A stretch of DNA of 64,000 bases from Candidatus Brennerbacteria bacterium (lineage in GTDB: Bacteria > Patescibacteriota > Minisyncoccia > UBA6257 > GWB1-50-10), in contig JACPEK010000001.1 of assembly GCA_016183535.1 (NCBI GenBank), positions 15,519 through 79,518 on the forward strand, read 5' to 3'. Both the position numbers and the translations under genes were made by a program. Shown one piece after another: positions 9,479 to 18,685 of this stretch (the first letter of the stretch is position 1; the number at the start of each line of letters is the position of its first letter). The notes beneath the pieces were generated by a model. That model ran no database searches. It had not been told where the DNA came from and saw only the letters and a program-made list of their open reading frames with translations.

Positions 9479-11998
9479 CTACTTCTCATGGCACTTCTTA
9501 TATTTCTTCCCTGAGCCGCACCAACACGGGTCATTCCTTCCTATGTCTTTCATTTCGGGCGGCGGTGCAACTCTCTGTGGCATTACTCTCATAAGGTCAA
9601 CCTCCAGCACCTGAAAAATGTTTCCGGCGACCATTGTCTCAAACCGACTCTCGAGCCGCTTGAAGAGCGTATGCGCTTCGCGGCGGTATTCCACAAGCGG
9701 TTCGTGTTGGGCGTACGCCCGGATGTTCACTGTCTCGCGGAGTCCCTCGAGATTTTCCAAGTGATCCACCCAAAGCATATCCAAAAGACGCACAAGATGT
9801 TGAGCCGTGAATGCCGCTCGTTCCGAATCCAACATTTCCGGGAGCTTTGCGATCTTTTCTTCGAGCGCGGTAAATGATTTTTCCGCCTCGGCGATATTAT
9901 CCATTCCTTCGCCCTTACTTAACAATTCTCGAGAATTGTTTAACGCTTTCCTCCCCTCCTCCACAAAACGCGAAAGGAGTTCTTTTATCGTCAGAACAAA
10001 CTCCTTTCCATCCGCCTTCAAAAATCTCTCGCGCTTTGCGTAGAACGCGGCGCGCTGTTTATTGAGCACGTCGTCGAAGTCCAGGAGATGCTTTCGGATG
10101 TCAAAGTTCATCCCTTCCACCTTTTCCTGCGCCTGGTTTACCGCTTTCGTCACGAGGCCCGATTCAATCGGTATGTCGTCCGGCACATCGAAAGTCTCCA
10201 TCATTCTCTTGATGCGTTCTCCGCCGAAGATGCGAAGCAGGTCGTCTTCCAAGGAGAGGAAGAACTGCGTGGAGCCGGGGTCGCCTTGTCGCCCGGAACG
10301 GCCGCGGAGCTGGTTGTCGATGCGTCGCGCCTCGTGCCGCTCGGTGCCGATCACGTGGAGGCCTCCCACGTCCATCACCTTTCGACTCTGTTCAGGGTCT
10401 TGGGGGTTTCCTCCTAAGACAATGTCCACGCCGCGTCCCGCCATGTTCGTCGCTACCGTCACCGCGTCTTTCCGTCCTGCCTGTGCGATAATGGCACCCT
10501 CGCGTTCATTGTTCTTCGCGTTCAAAATTTCATGCGGGATGCCTGCCTTCGCAAGCCGCGCCGCGATTTCCTCGTTCTGCACAATCGAGGTGGTGCCAAG
10601 GAGTACCGGCTGACCTTTTTCCTGCCGCGCCTTTACTTCTCTCACCACCGCATCGTATTTCGCATCCTTCGTTTTGTAGATCACATCCGGCACATCTTTC
10701 CTTACGAGCAAACGATTCGGCGGGATCGGTACAACCTCGAGGTTATAGACTTTATGGAACTCCTCGGCGGAGGTTGCGGCGGTGCCGGTCATACCCGCAA
10801 TTTTTTTGTAGAGACGGAAATAGTTTTGGATGGTGATCTGCGCGTACGTGCGGTTCTCTTCCCGTACCAAAACCCCTTCCTTCGCCTCGATGGCTTGGTG
10901 GAGTCCGCCCGAATAACGGCGGCCGTGGAGAATGCGCCCGGTGAACTGATCCACAATCAGCACTTCACCGCTTTTTACCATGTAATCGCGGTCGAGTTTA
11001 AAAAGAGCTTTTGCCTTGAGCGATTCCTCGAGGAAGTGCACGAGACGACTATGTTCGGGTGCGTAGAGGTTTTCTATTTTTAATATTTTCTCCACCTTCT
11101 CGATTCCCTCGTTCGTGATATTTACCGTACGCTGTTTCTCGTCCGCGATATAATCCGTTTCCGCGATGAGGCCCGCCGCCACCTTCGCGAATACTTTATA
11201 AAATTCGCTTGATTGCACATCGGGCGCCGCGATGATTAAAGGCGTCCGTGCCTCGTCTATCAGGATCGAATCAACTTCGTCGATCACGGCATAGTGGTGG
11301 CTCCGCTGGACGCGGTCGGCGAGACGAAGCGCGAGATTGTCGCGAAGGAAGTCGAACCCAAACTCATGGTTGGTGCCATAGGTGATGTCGGCCGTATACG
11401 CTTCTTTCCGCGACACGGGCCGCAGAAATTCCTCGAACACCTTGAAGCTTCCGAATGTATCGCGTTTCTTATCGAGCTCATTCTGCGCGGTCGTGTAGGA
11501 TGGGTCGTAGACGTAGGCGGCGTCGTGCACGAGGCACGCGACCGACACGCCGAGCATATGGTAGATTTGTCCCATCCACACCGCATCGCGTTTTGCGAGG
11601 TAGTCGTTCACAGTGACAATATGCACGCCTTCCCCCGCGAGCGCGTTCAGATATGCGGGCGCGGTTGCCGCCAAAGTTTTTCCCTCTCCCGTCATCATCT
11701 CGGCGATTTTTCCCTCGTGGAGCACCATGCCGCCCATGAGCTGAACGTCATAGTGGCGCTGTTTCAAAGTGCGTTTTGCCGCTTCACGAACAAGCGAAAA
11801 CGCTCCAGGAAGCGCCTCTCCGAGCGCCGCTTCGCCGCTCCCTCCATTCAAAATTTTTTCACGAAGATCCCGCGATCTCTTTTTTAGTTCTTCGTCCGAA
11901 AGTGAAGAAACCGCCGTTTCCTCGGCGTTTACGATTTCTATGGCCGTGCGGAGACGTCCATAGATGCGATTTTCAAATAGTTTGGAGAAAATAGACAC
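9479..11998 (-). CDS. secA: Preprotein translocase ATPase SecA
   Basis: MMTGEGKT, VTVNDYLAKRDA, DEVDSILIDEARTPLII, QLRGRSGRQGDPG, SEC-C GRNDPCWCGSGKKYKKCH. Confidence 0.98.
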   Translation of the reverse strand: MSIFSKLFENRIYGRLRTAIEIVNAEETAVSSLSDEELKKRSRDLREKILNGGSGEAALGEALPGAFSLVREAAKRTLKQRHYDVQLMGGMVLHEGKIAEMMTGEGKTLAATAPAYLNALAGEGVHIVTVNDYLAKRDAVWMGQIYHMLGVSVACLVHDAAYVYDPSYTTAQNELDKKRDTFGSFKVFEEFLRPVSRKEAYTADITYGTNHEFGFDFLRDNLALRLADRVQRSHHYAVIDEVDSILIDEARTPLIIAAPDVQSSEFYKVFAKVAAGLIAETDYIADEKQRTVNITNEGIEKVEKILKIENLYAPEHSRLVHFLEESLKAKALFKLDRDYMVKSGEVLIVDQFTGRILHGRRYSGGLHQAIEAKEGVLVREENRTYAQITIQNYFRLYKKIAGMTGTAATSAEEFHKVYNLEVVPIPPNRLLVRKDVPDVIYKTKDAKYDAVVREVKARQEKGQPVLLGTTSIVQNEEIAARLAKAGIPHEILNAKNNEREGAIIAQAGRKDAVTVATNMAGRGVDIVLGGNPQDPEQSRKVMDVGGLHVIGTERHEARRIDNQLRGRSGRQGDPGSTQFFLSLEDDLLRIFGGERIKRMMETFDVPDDIPIESGLVTKAVNQAQEKVEGMNFDIRKHLLDFDDVLNKQRAAFYAKRERFLKADGKEFVLTIKELLSRFVEEGRKALNNSRELLSKGEGMDNIAEAEKSFTALEEKIAKLPEMLDSERAAFTAQHLVRLLDMLWVDHLENLEGLRETVNIRAYAQHEPLVEYRREAHTLFKRLESRFETMVAGNIFQVLEVDLMRVMPQRVAPPPEMKDIGRNDPCWCGSGKKYKKCHEK

Positions 11999-12149
11999 CT
12001 TCCGGTTTTGGTATGGATTCCACTTAAGAAGTCGGGAAGCGAAAGCGACTACGGCGGTTGACTCCGATTTTTGTTGTTGTTAAACGAGTGCACAATCCGT
12101 AGCCGCTCCCGCTTCCCCACCCCTGATTCAGGATATCTCCGATGGACCT

Positions 12150-12254
12150 AAAAAGAAACCCGCCCCCTTGCGGAGACGGGAATCGGGCTTTTCCTTGGAT
12201 TTCCCCGCCTCCCCTTGCGGGGCGTTGGGGACAAGGAAAATCACTCGTTTAACG
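12150..12254 (-). ncRNA. Candidate ~105-nt small RNA or attenuated leader upstream of secA
   Basis: Extended -10 TGCTATACT at 12261-12269(-), a GCAA-capped hairpin, then terminator cccgtctcc-gcaa-gggggcggg-TTTCTTTTT. Confidence 0.45.
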
Positions 12255-12295
12255 TTTGGGAGTATAGCACGGTCGGTTTCAAAAGTAAAGTCTTC

Positions 12296-13378
12296 TTATT
12301 CTTCCCCTACTTCCGCGAAAAAGTCCTCGTGTGCGCCTTCGCTTGGCGCCTCGATCTCCATCGGCTTGATACCCGCGGCTTCGCCAGTGATGCGGAGCAC
12401 GTCCTTGTCTATCTTTCCGAGTTCTTTCGAGGCTTTGTTGTAAGACGATACCGTCATGCCGAGGTTTTTCCCCACTTTTCCGATGTGTTCCTGGTACGCG
12501 AGGAGGTGTTTTCCAAGCTTTTCCACTTGTCCGATTATCACATTCGCCTGCTCCGATATTTTCTGATTACGAAGCCCTTGGAGCACCGTCTGGAGATATG
12601 CGAGGAACGACGTGGGTGAGACGATGATAACCTTCCGCGAACCCGCGTAGGTAACGAGGGAATTGGTGTCATCGGCGACCGCGCCCACCTTGTTGATGAG
12701 AAGATCGTAATAGACCGCTTCGGAAGGAATGAACATGAAGGCAAAGTCCATCGTTTCCTCTTCCGGCTTTACATACTTTGAGGTTTCGTCGATGCGGTTC
12801 TTGAGATCACCGACAAATGCGGATTCATAACGTTTGCGGTCTGCGGGATCGCGCGCTTCTAAGATGCGGTTGTAGTTTTCGAGTGAAAATTTTGAATCTA
12901 TCGGAATGATCCGTTTATCCACTTTCACAACGGCGTCCACAATCACTCCGTCCGAAAACGGATACTGCATTTCATACGACCCCGGCGGGAGCACATTCTT
13001 CAAAACCGTTTCAAGATAATACTCGCCCAGAATTCCCCGTTGTTTTGGATTTTTCAGAATATCCTGGAGGTTTTTGAGCTGATCCGCAAAACTCACCACT
13101 TGCTTATTCGTCTCCTGAAGGCGCGTGAGGTTTTCTGTTACGTCCTTCACGATTTTCGCGCTCTCGCTGAACTGTTCCCGAATGGCCTTCGTGGACTCAC
13201 CGAGCTTCATATCGAGCGTGCGCCGGAGCTCGGCGAGTTGGTTTTGGAGGAGTACCATTGCCTGCGACTCCGCCTCCGGACTTTTTTTCTGTTTCAACGC
13301 GCTCCAAAGCGCGTAAAAACCTCCCGCAAAAACAAGCGTGAGAAGAAGAAGGAAAATATCGGAAAATGTCATATCCAT
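12296..13378 (-). CDS. rmuC: DNA recombination protein RmuC
   Basis: N-terminal TM helix, coiled coil, KQRGILGE, IDSKF, DFAFMFIPSE, VSPTSF. Confidence 0.93.
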   Translation of the reverse strand: MDMTFSDIFLLLLTLVFAGGFYALWSALKQKKSPEAESQAMVLLQNQLAELRRTLDMKLGESTKAIREQFSESAKIVKDVTENLTRLQETNKQVVSFADQLKNLQDILKNPKQRGILGEYYLETVLKNVLPPGSYEMQYPFSDGVIVDAVVKVDKRIIPIDSKFSLENYNRILEARDPADRKRYESAFVGDLKNRIDETSKYVKPEEETMDFAFMFIPSEAVYYDLLINKVGAVADDTNSLVTYAGSRKVIIVSPTSFLAYLQTVLQGLRNQKISEQANVIIGQVEKLGKHLLAYQEHIGKVGKNLGMTVSSYNKASKELGKIDKDVLRITGEAAGIKPMEIEAPSEGAHEDFFAEVGEE

Positions 13379-13382
13379 CTCT

Positions 13383-13727
13383 CTAATTTACCGCAACAAT
13401 AGTGCCTATGCTGACGAGGAGGACGAACATGAGGAGTACATTCACGCCGCCGAAGAGATACGAAAGTTCACGGGAGCGGTCATAGAACACTTCAGCAAGA
13501 AACAAGTTGACCGCCGCGACCGCGATGCCGAGTCCCCAGAGCGTTGCCACGTCGCCGCGGGTTCCGAAAAGATCGGCGCCTTTGAGCGAGACGAAATGAA
13601 GCGTTACGCGCGAAGGAAAACCGTTCCAGTGGAGAAATAATATAAGACCGGCGATGCCGGAGAAAATCGCGCTCGCGACGGCAAGCGCGGTAAGCGGTTT
13701 TGTTGTAAACGTCTTGATCTTTTTCAT
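13383..13727 (-). CDS. Hypothetical membrane protein (3 TM, LHF motif)
   Basis: Three hydrophobic segments; overlaps the alr stop. Confidence 0.7.
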   Translation of the reverse strand: MKKIKTFTTKPLTALAVASAIFSGIAGLILFLHWNGFPSRVTLHFVSLKGADLFGTRGDVATLWGLGIAVAAVNLFLAEVFYDRSRELSYLFGGVNVLLMFVLLVSIGTIVAVN

Positions 13728-14869
13728 ATTACAGTGCGCCGAAGGTGGGCCGGTATGCGAACGAGCGTCTCATAAGGGATCGTACCACACTCGCGTGCGA
13801 TCCGCTCGATTGAATTTACATCGGCGGGATGGTCGCTTATCACCGTTACCGAATCCCCGATCGCGACCTCTCCCGCATGGGTAACATCGCAGAGTGATAT
13901 ATTCATGCTCACATATCCTACAAGAGGCGCCACTTGCCCGTTGAGCAGGAACGCGCCGCGCGACGAAAGACGTCGGTCAATTCCCTCGAAATATCCCACG
14001 GGAACCGTGGCGATTTTCATCGCATGCGGAGCGATAAACGCCGCTCCATAACCTGCAGTGTCGCCTTTCTTCAGTATACGCAGGTCGCTCACCACGGATC
14101 GCATGCGGAGCGCAGGTTCGAATTCCATGGCGAGATTTCCCGGGTTGATGCCATAGAGTGCGATCCCCGGTCGTCCTACATTCGCAATAATGTCGGGGGT
14201 ATGCGCAAAACCCGCGGAGTTGGCGATGTGGTAGAAGCGGATAGAGGGAAGTTCTTCATGTATGCGCCGCGCAATAATATTCCATCGCGTTATCTGCGTT
14301 TCGGTGATTGTCGAATTGGGCGTGCTCGCATCGGCGAAATGGGAAAGGATGCCCTCGACATTCAATTTCTTTTCTCCCTCTTTCATGAGACGCAACGCTT
14401 TGCCCAACTTATCGAACGGGATGCCCTGGCGATGCATACCAGTATCGAATTTTACGTGAATGGATTGTCGCGTGCCGTGCGCCGCAAGCGTTGCGAGCTG
14501 TTCGAGCGAGCCCACGACAAAAGAGGCTCCTCTCCATCGGTTGCGCTCGATCGCTTCGAGGGAAGAGTGCCCAAGGATAAGGAGTGGAGCGCGGATGCCT
14601 TCGCGACGGATCATTTCGGCTTCGAAATACGAATCCACGCAAAGAAACGGTATATGTTCGACGTGTTCCAAGATGCCGGCGACGGCACAAAGTCCGTGTC
14701 CGTATGCATTGCTTTTAAGAACAGGCGCAATTTGCCACTGGGGCGCGAGCCTTTTAAGGGTGTCGAGGTTATGGCGCAACGCGCGTTCTTTTATCTCTAT
14801 TGTGATGAGGGGATGCCAAGGCCGCAATGATTTTTTCCAGTTCCGCAGGTTTGAAAGTAAACGGCGCAT
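13724..14869 (-). CDS. alr: Alanine racemase
   Basis: VLKSNAYGHG PLP-lysine, KFDTGMHRQG, SHFADA, RPGIALYG, TIPYE. Confidence 0.95.
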   Translation of the reverse strand: MRRLLSNLRNWKKSLRPWHPLITIEIKERALRHNLDTLKRLAPQWQIAPVLKSNAYGHGLCAVAGILEHVEHIPFLCVDSYFEAEMIRREGIRAPLLILGHSSLEAIERNRWRGASFVVGSLEQLATLAAHGTRQSIHVKFDTGMHRQGIPFDKLGKALRLMKEGEKKLNVEGILSHFADASTPNSTITETQITRWNIIARRIHEELPSIRFYHIANSAGFAHTPDIIANVGRPGIALYGINPGNLAMEFEPALRMRSVVSDLRILKKGDTAGYGAAFIAPHAMKIATVPVGYFEGIDRRLSSRGAFLLNGQVAPLVGYVSMNISLCDVTHAGEVAIGDSVTVISDHPADVNSIERIARECGTIPYETLVRIPAHLRRTVI

Positions 14870-15040
14870 GGCGAAAAGTTAGTTTTGGTGGAATTATATA
14901 ACTCTGCTCGAACATTTTTTGAACGGAACCGACCGCCTCCGCTTCGCTCCGGCGGAACGCTCGGGCGCGGCGGAATTACCCCCACACCCCCCCCTTCCGC
15001 CGCGCCCTCGCTTGGCTTCGCAAATTTTTTGGCGGGCAAT

Positions 15041-16024
15041 CTATTGAGCGGGCTTCAACTTCTGCTGTGGTTGTGGCCCGATGAAAACTTGCTGAAATTG
15101 TTTACCCCACGATACGCCGTGTGCACTCTCGTAGAGTTTAACAAATGGGCTGACATTGAAAAAGCCGTTGAGCAAAATATATGCTTCCCACAGCAAATCT
15201 TGAAGTGTCTCGTCCGCAAGTTCTATTTTCAAGCCAAACTCGGAGAGTTTATCCATTGATAGCGGACGAGAGTGCAATAAATGCTTGTCATAGTCCGAAA
15301 AGTAGTTTACTGCTTTTCGGATTTTGCCAACGGCTTTTTTATCGCCTTTGAACATATATCGCTTAAGCCATGTTGATACAAGTTCACGCGATAGCTTTTC
15401 CGAATCTTCGCAAAGTTCCAAAAGATCGAGTGAGTATTTTTCGATGAGCGGGATATAAGCGGGAAGCGTTTCCGGGCCTTCCTTTGCGATACGCTCTTTA
15501 ACTTTTTCAAAACCGCGTTTAATCGAGCGAGCGGGGATGCCGTTGATTTGCGGGTCAATCGGCCCAAGCGTTCCGCTTGGATGCAAAACAATGTTGTTTC
15601 CCGAAAGCGCAAGCATTGTGGCCGCAGAATAAGCCGAGTGCGGAATCAGAAAATTTACCTCGTCGAATTTCCCGCGCAAGAGGCCAACAAGCCGTTCTGT
15701 CGCGTCTGGCCGCCCGCCGGGGCTATGCAATAAAACATCAACGGAGCCGTTTCCTTTTACGGAGTTGATAAGGTCGGTAAAGCCGTCTACATCAGATAAA
15801 TCAATAAAGTTTGGCGCGCCTTGCGGTACGCCTTCCAAAAACTTTGTCGCATAAACCAAAAGCGGGCGGCCACGATGCTTTTCAATTTCCTCGTAGCAAA
15901 CTTTTCGGAGCGCAAATAAATCTTGTCCGGTCGTTCTTTGACCGGACTGTTGCGCTTGGCCGATAAAATCGTTCCAGTCCTGCGCTGTCTTAAATTTTTT
16001 GCGCTGTGGTTGAGGCGACTCCAT
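15041..16024 (-). CDS. Clp-fold serine protease (SDH/SppA-like), island cargo
   Basis: LLHSPGG, AYSAATMLAL, LGPIDPQ, HSRPL. Confidence 0.85.
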   Translation of the reverse strand: MESPQPQRKKFKTAQDWNDFIGQAQQSGQRTTGQDLFALRKVCYEEIEKHRGRPLLVYATKFLEGVPQGAPNFIDLSDVDGFTDLINSVKGNGSVDVLLHSPGGRPDATERLVGLLRGKFDEVNFLIPHSAYSAATMLALSGNNIVLHPSGTLGPIDPQINGIPARSIKRGFEKVKERIAKEGPETLPAYIPLIEKYSLDLLELCEDSEKLSRELVSTWLKRYMFKGDKKAVGKIRKAVNYFSDYDKHLLHSRPLSMDKLSEFGLKIELADETLQDLLWEAYILLNGFFNVSPFVKLYESAHGVSWGKQFQQVFIGPQPQQKLKPAQ

Positions 16025-16223
16025 ACTGGTTTATTTCAAAATTCAGCGTTGAACCAGTCGCCGTCTTAAAAGCCGGTTTTCTGCCCAGCGCAACATCCGC
16101 CCGATCAATTAGGTCGGTCGTTTCTTTATAGCGGTCGTATGACTTTATGGCTTCCTCGTTCTGCTTCAGAACCTTTTTTGAAGCCACTTTTGTTATCAAT
16201 TTTTGAGGGGTTTTCTTAGCCAT
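15990..16223 (-). CDS. Small basic hypothetical protein, island cargo
   Basis: 77-aa ORF after a TGGTATAGT -10 element, overlapping the protease start. Confidence 0.55.
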   Translation of the reverse strand: MAKKTPQKLITKVASKKVLKQNEEAIKSYDRYKETTDLIDRADVALGRKPAFKTATGSTLNFEINQYGVASTTAQKI

Positions 16224-16302
16224 AGTGTTTATACTATACCAAATATAATAGACGGATTCAATGAAGATTTAGTTACTATCTTCCTCGTATTTGTCCATTT
16301 CT

Positions 16303-16433
16303 CCAAAGAAATCTTTGGCTCGAACCTGCGCTTGGCGAGCCGCGCTGTGCGCGGCGAGCCAGTGTCTCCATACCTTTCCGCGCTTCGCGCGGCCGAATCG
16401 GTCGGGCAAAAATCGGAAAGTTTGATATTGGTG
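16303..16433 (+). pseudogene. 3' remnant of large serine recombinase gene
   Basis: KEIFGSNLRLASRAVR..ESLILV; 27 bp (16303-16329) identical to 43138-43164. Confidence 0.75.
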
Positions 16434-16502
16434 CGGAATACGGGAATCGAACCCGTGCTTCTTGCTTGGGAAGCAAGCGTACTGCCACTATACGAATTCC
16501 GC
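16429..16502 (-). tRNA. tRNA-Gly(CCC)
   Basis: GCGGAATTCGTATAGTGG..CTTGC TT CCC AA GCAAG..GGTTCGATTCC..TTCCGC A CCA. Confidence 0.95.
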
Positions 16503-16521
16503 AAAGATGTCACATTGTGTC

Positions 16522-16821
16522 TTACTCCGTACTGGTTGCGGTCGAGGAGCTTTTCGGCGAAGGCGAGACGAGAATAATAAGCTTCTCGTCCGCCGCGCGG
16601 TAATTAAACTGCTCTTTGAGCGCTTTGACAAGATTTTGCTCGTTCTCATAGTACGCGTTGTCGGCCTCAAGCCCGCGGTTCTCCTCCTCGAGCCCGCCGA
16701 GTTCCACGCGAAGCGTGTCCGCCGTATCGCCCACCTTTCCCTTTTCCGCGACTATGCCGTAAACACCCCACCCGAGGAATGCGATGAGAACGATGAATAT
16801 GAGATAGCGCCACGAACCCAT
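16522..16821 (-). CDS. Septum formation initiator (FtsB/DivIC-like)
   Basis: N-terminal TM helix, coiled coil, K.QFNY...DEKLIIL. Confidence 0.7.
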   Translation of the reverse strand: MGSWRYLIFIVLIAFLGWGVYGIVAEKGKVGDTADTLRVELGGLEEENRGLEADNAYYENEQNLVKALKEQFNYRAADEKLIILVSPSPKSSSTATSTE

Positions 16822-16856
16822 GATTAAATAAGTAAGAGTGAAGCGAATAGAATAAA

Positions 16857-18668
16857 TTATTTTTTGAGCAATTCCTTAAAGACCGATGGTGCTATTTGTA
16901 CTTCACCCCGCGCTTTGAGACGTTCTTTTCCCCGCTTCTGTTTCTTCCACAGTTTCATTTTCCGCGTTCTATCCCCGCCGTAGAGATACCCCGTGACATC
17001 CTTTTTTAACGCGGAGATATCGTCACGCGCGATAATCCGTCCTTCCGCCGAGGCTTGGAGCGCCTGCGCAAACTGCTGTTTTGGAAGGAGCTCTTTCAAC
17101 CGCGCGAGCATCTGCCGCGCTTCCCGTTCGTGCGCGCTCCGAGGGAAAAAACGCGAAAGTCCCGGCACGCGCGCGCCCGCCACAAGAATGTCCACCTTCA
17201 CCACGTCCGCCGATTGGTACGCTCCGTGTTGGTAGCTAAATGAGGCATATCCTTTGGTCGCCGATTTCAGCTGATCGTCAAAATCCGACACGAGCTCGGC
17301 GAGCGGCATTACGGCGGTGATTTCTGCGCGATCCTCAACGATTTTCGTCTCGACGCTCGTCATGCGGAATTTTTTTTGGAGCGGGAGCACGTTTCCCAAC
17401 TCCGACGCGGGAAGCAATATTAAAAGCTCCACGGTTGGTTCTTCCGCGCTTTTTGCGTCCTCCGGAAAATCTTCCGCCGACTGGATCACTTTCCATTCGT
17501 CTTTCACTTTTACGCGATAGGCCACCGAAGGGAACGTGGTGATGACTTGTACATTGAACTCTCGCCGCAAACGTTCCGTCGCGATCTCGAAGTGGAGACG
17601 ACCCAGAAAACCAACCTGGTACCCGCGCCCCAGCATTTCATTTTGGTCCGGTTTAATAGAAAGCGCGGCATCGTTCAATTTGAGTTTCTCGAGGGCTTTT
17701 GTGAGAAGCTCGTGCTCGTCCGCATCTTCCGGATAGAACGACACAAACACCACGGGTCGCGCCTCTTCGTAGCCAGGAAGCGCATTCAGGATTGGGCCTC
17801 CTTGTTTTACAACTACAATTGTGTCTCCGATACGCACATTGTGAGGCTCGCGAATCCCCGTGGCGACATACCCTATCATTCCAGCCGTAAGCGGTGCGGC
17901 GCTCGTGGTAAGTTCGGGCGCGAAATATCCGATTTCCTTCACCTGCGCGGACGCGTTAGTCGCAAGAAGCCGCGCCATATCCCCCTTTGCGATTGCGCCT
18001 TCGAACACGCGCACGGAAGCGACTACGCCTTTATGGTCATCATAGAATGAATCGAAAATCAACGCTTTCGTGGTTGATAATCGATCGTCAGTGATTGAAA
18101 TCTTTGGAGGAGGGATTTTTTGAATGATGGCCTCCAAAAGTTCTTGCACGCCCTCTCCTGTTTTACCAGAGACTGAAAATATTTCATCCGGAGAACAGTT
18201 TAAAAGTTTTCCTACATCTCGCTTAATCGCCTCGATCCTCTCCGCGCCGCGCGCATCACGAAGCGCGAGATCCACCTTATTTACCGCGCCAACGAGCGTG
18301 AGACCTTCCTTCTTCGCCGCAAGAAGGTTCGCCAAAGTTTGTGCCTGTATGCCCTGCGTGGCATCCACAAGTAAAATACCTCCCTCCACCGCGTGGAGCG
18401 CCCGCGAGACCTCGTACGAGAAATCCGAGTGGCCAGGGGTATCTATCAAATTCAGAATATATTCCGAATCGAATCGTCGATAAACCATGCGCACGGGCGC
18501 CATCTTGATGGTAATGCCCCGCTCCCGCTCGAGCTCCAGTTGGTCCAAGTACTGCGCTTTCATCCGCCGCGCTTCCACCGTTCTCGTCACTTCAAGAAAA
18601 CGATCGGCAAGAGTGGATTTGCCGTGGTCGATATGGGCGATAATAACAAAATTTCTTATATGATTCAT
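16857..18668 (-). CDS. lepA: Elongation factor 4 (LepA)
   Basis: IRNFVIIAHIDHGKSTLADR, ERERGITIK, DTPGH, YGGD.TRKMKL. Confidence 0.97.
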   Translation of the reverse strand: MNHIRNFVIIAHIDHGKSTLADRFLEVTRTVEARRMKAQYLDQLELERERGITIKMAPVRMVYRRFDSEYILNLIDTPGHSDFSYEVSRALHAVEGGILLVDATQGIQAQTLANLLAAKKEGLTLVGAVNKVDLALRDARGAERIEAIKRDVGKLLNCSPDEIFSVSGKTGEGVQELLEAIIQKIPPPKISITDDRLSTTKALIFDSFYDDHKGVVASVRVFEGAIAKGDMARLLATNASAQVKEIGYFAPELTTSAAPLTAGMIGYVATGIREPHNVRIGDTIVVVKQGGPILNALPGYEEARPVVFVSFYPEDADEHELLTKALEKLKLNDAALSIKPDQNEMLGRGYQVGFLGRLHFEIATERLRREFNVQVITTFPSVAYRVKVKDEWKVIQSAEDFPEDAKSAEEPTVELLILLPASELGNVLPLQKKFRMTSVETKIVEDRAEITAVMPLAELVSDFDDQLKSATKGYASFSYQHGAYQSADVVKVDILVAGARVPGLSRFFPRSAHEREARQMLARLKELLPKQQFAQALQASAEGRIIARDDISALKKDVTGYLYGGDRTRKMKLWKKQKRGKERLKARGEVQIAPSVFKELLKK

Positions 18669-18685
18669 GATGTTGTTTTTTATTC

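Larger units (their letters stand above)
14885..16433. mobile_element. Minimal non-autonomous LSR-type island at tRNA-Gly 3' end
   Basis: TTGGTG core at 14885-14890 and 16428-16433; recombinase 3' remnant at right, LVELYNSARTFFERN tail at left. Confidence 0.75.

Noticed and set aside
12034-12117. Long hairpin considered as SRP RNA or tmRNA
   Set aside because: Lacks the SRP domain IV motif and tRNA-like tmRNA ends; kept only as a candidate secA leader
14885-15259. 124-aa plus-strand ORF at the Gly island left end
   Set aside because: Only the first ~15 codons are meaningful (displaced recombinase tail); the rest runs through hairpins and antisense to the protease
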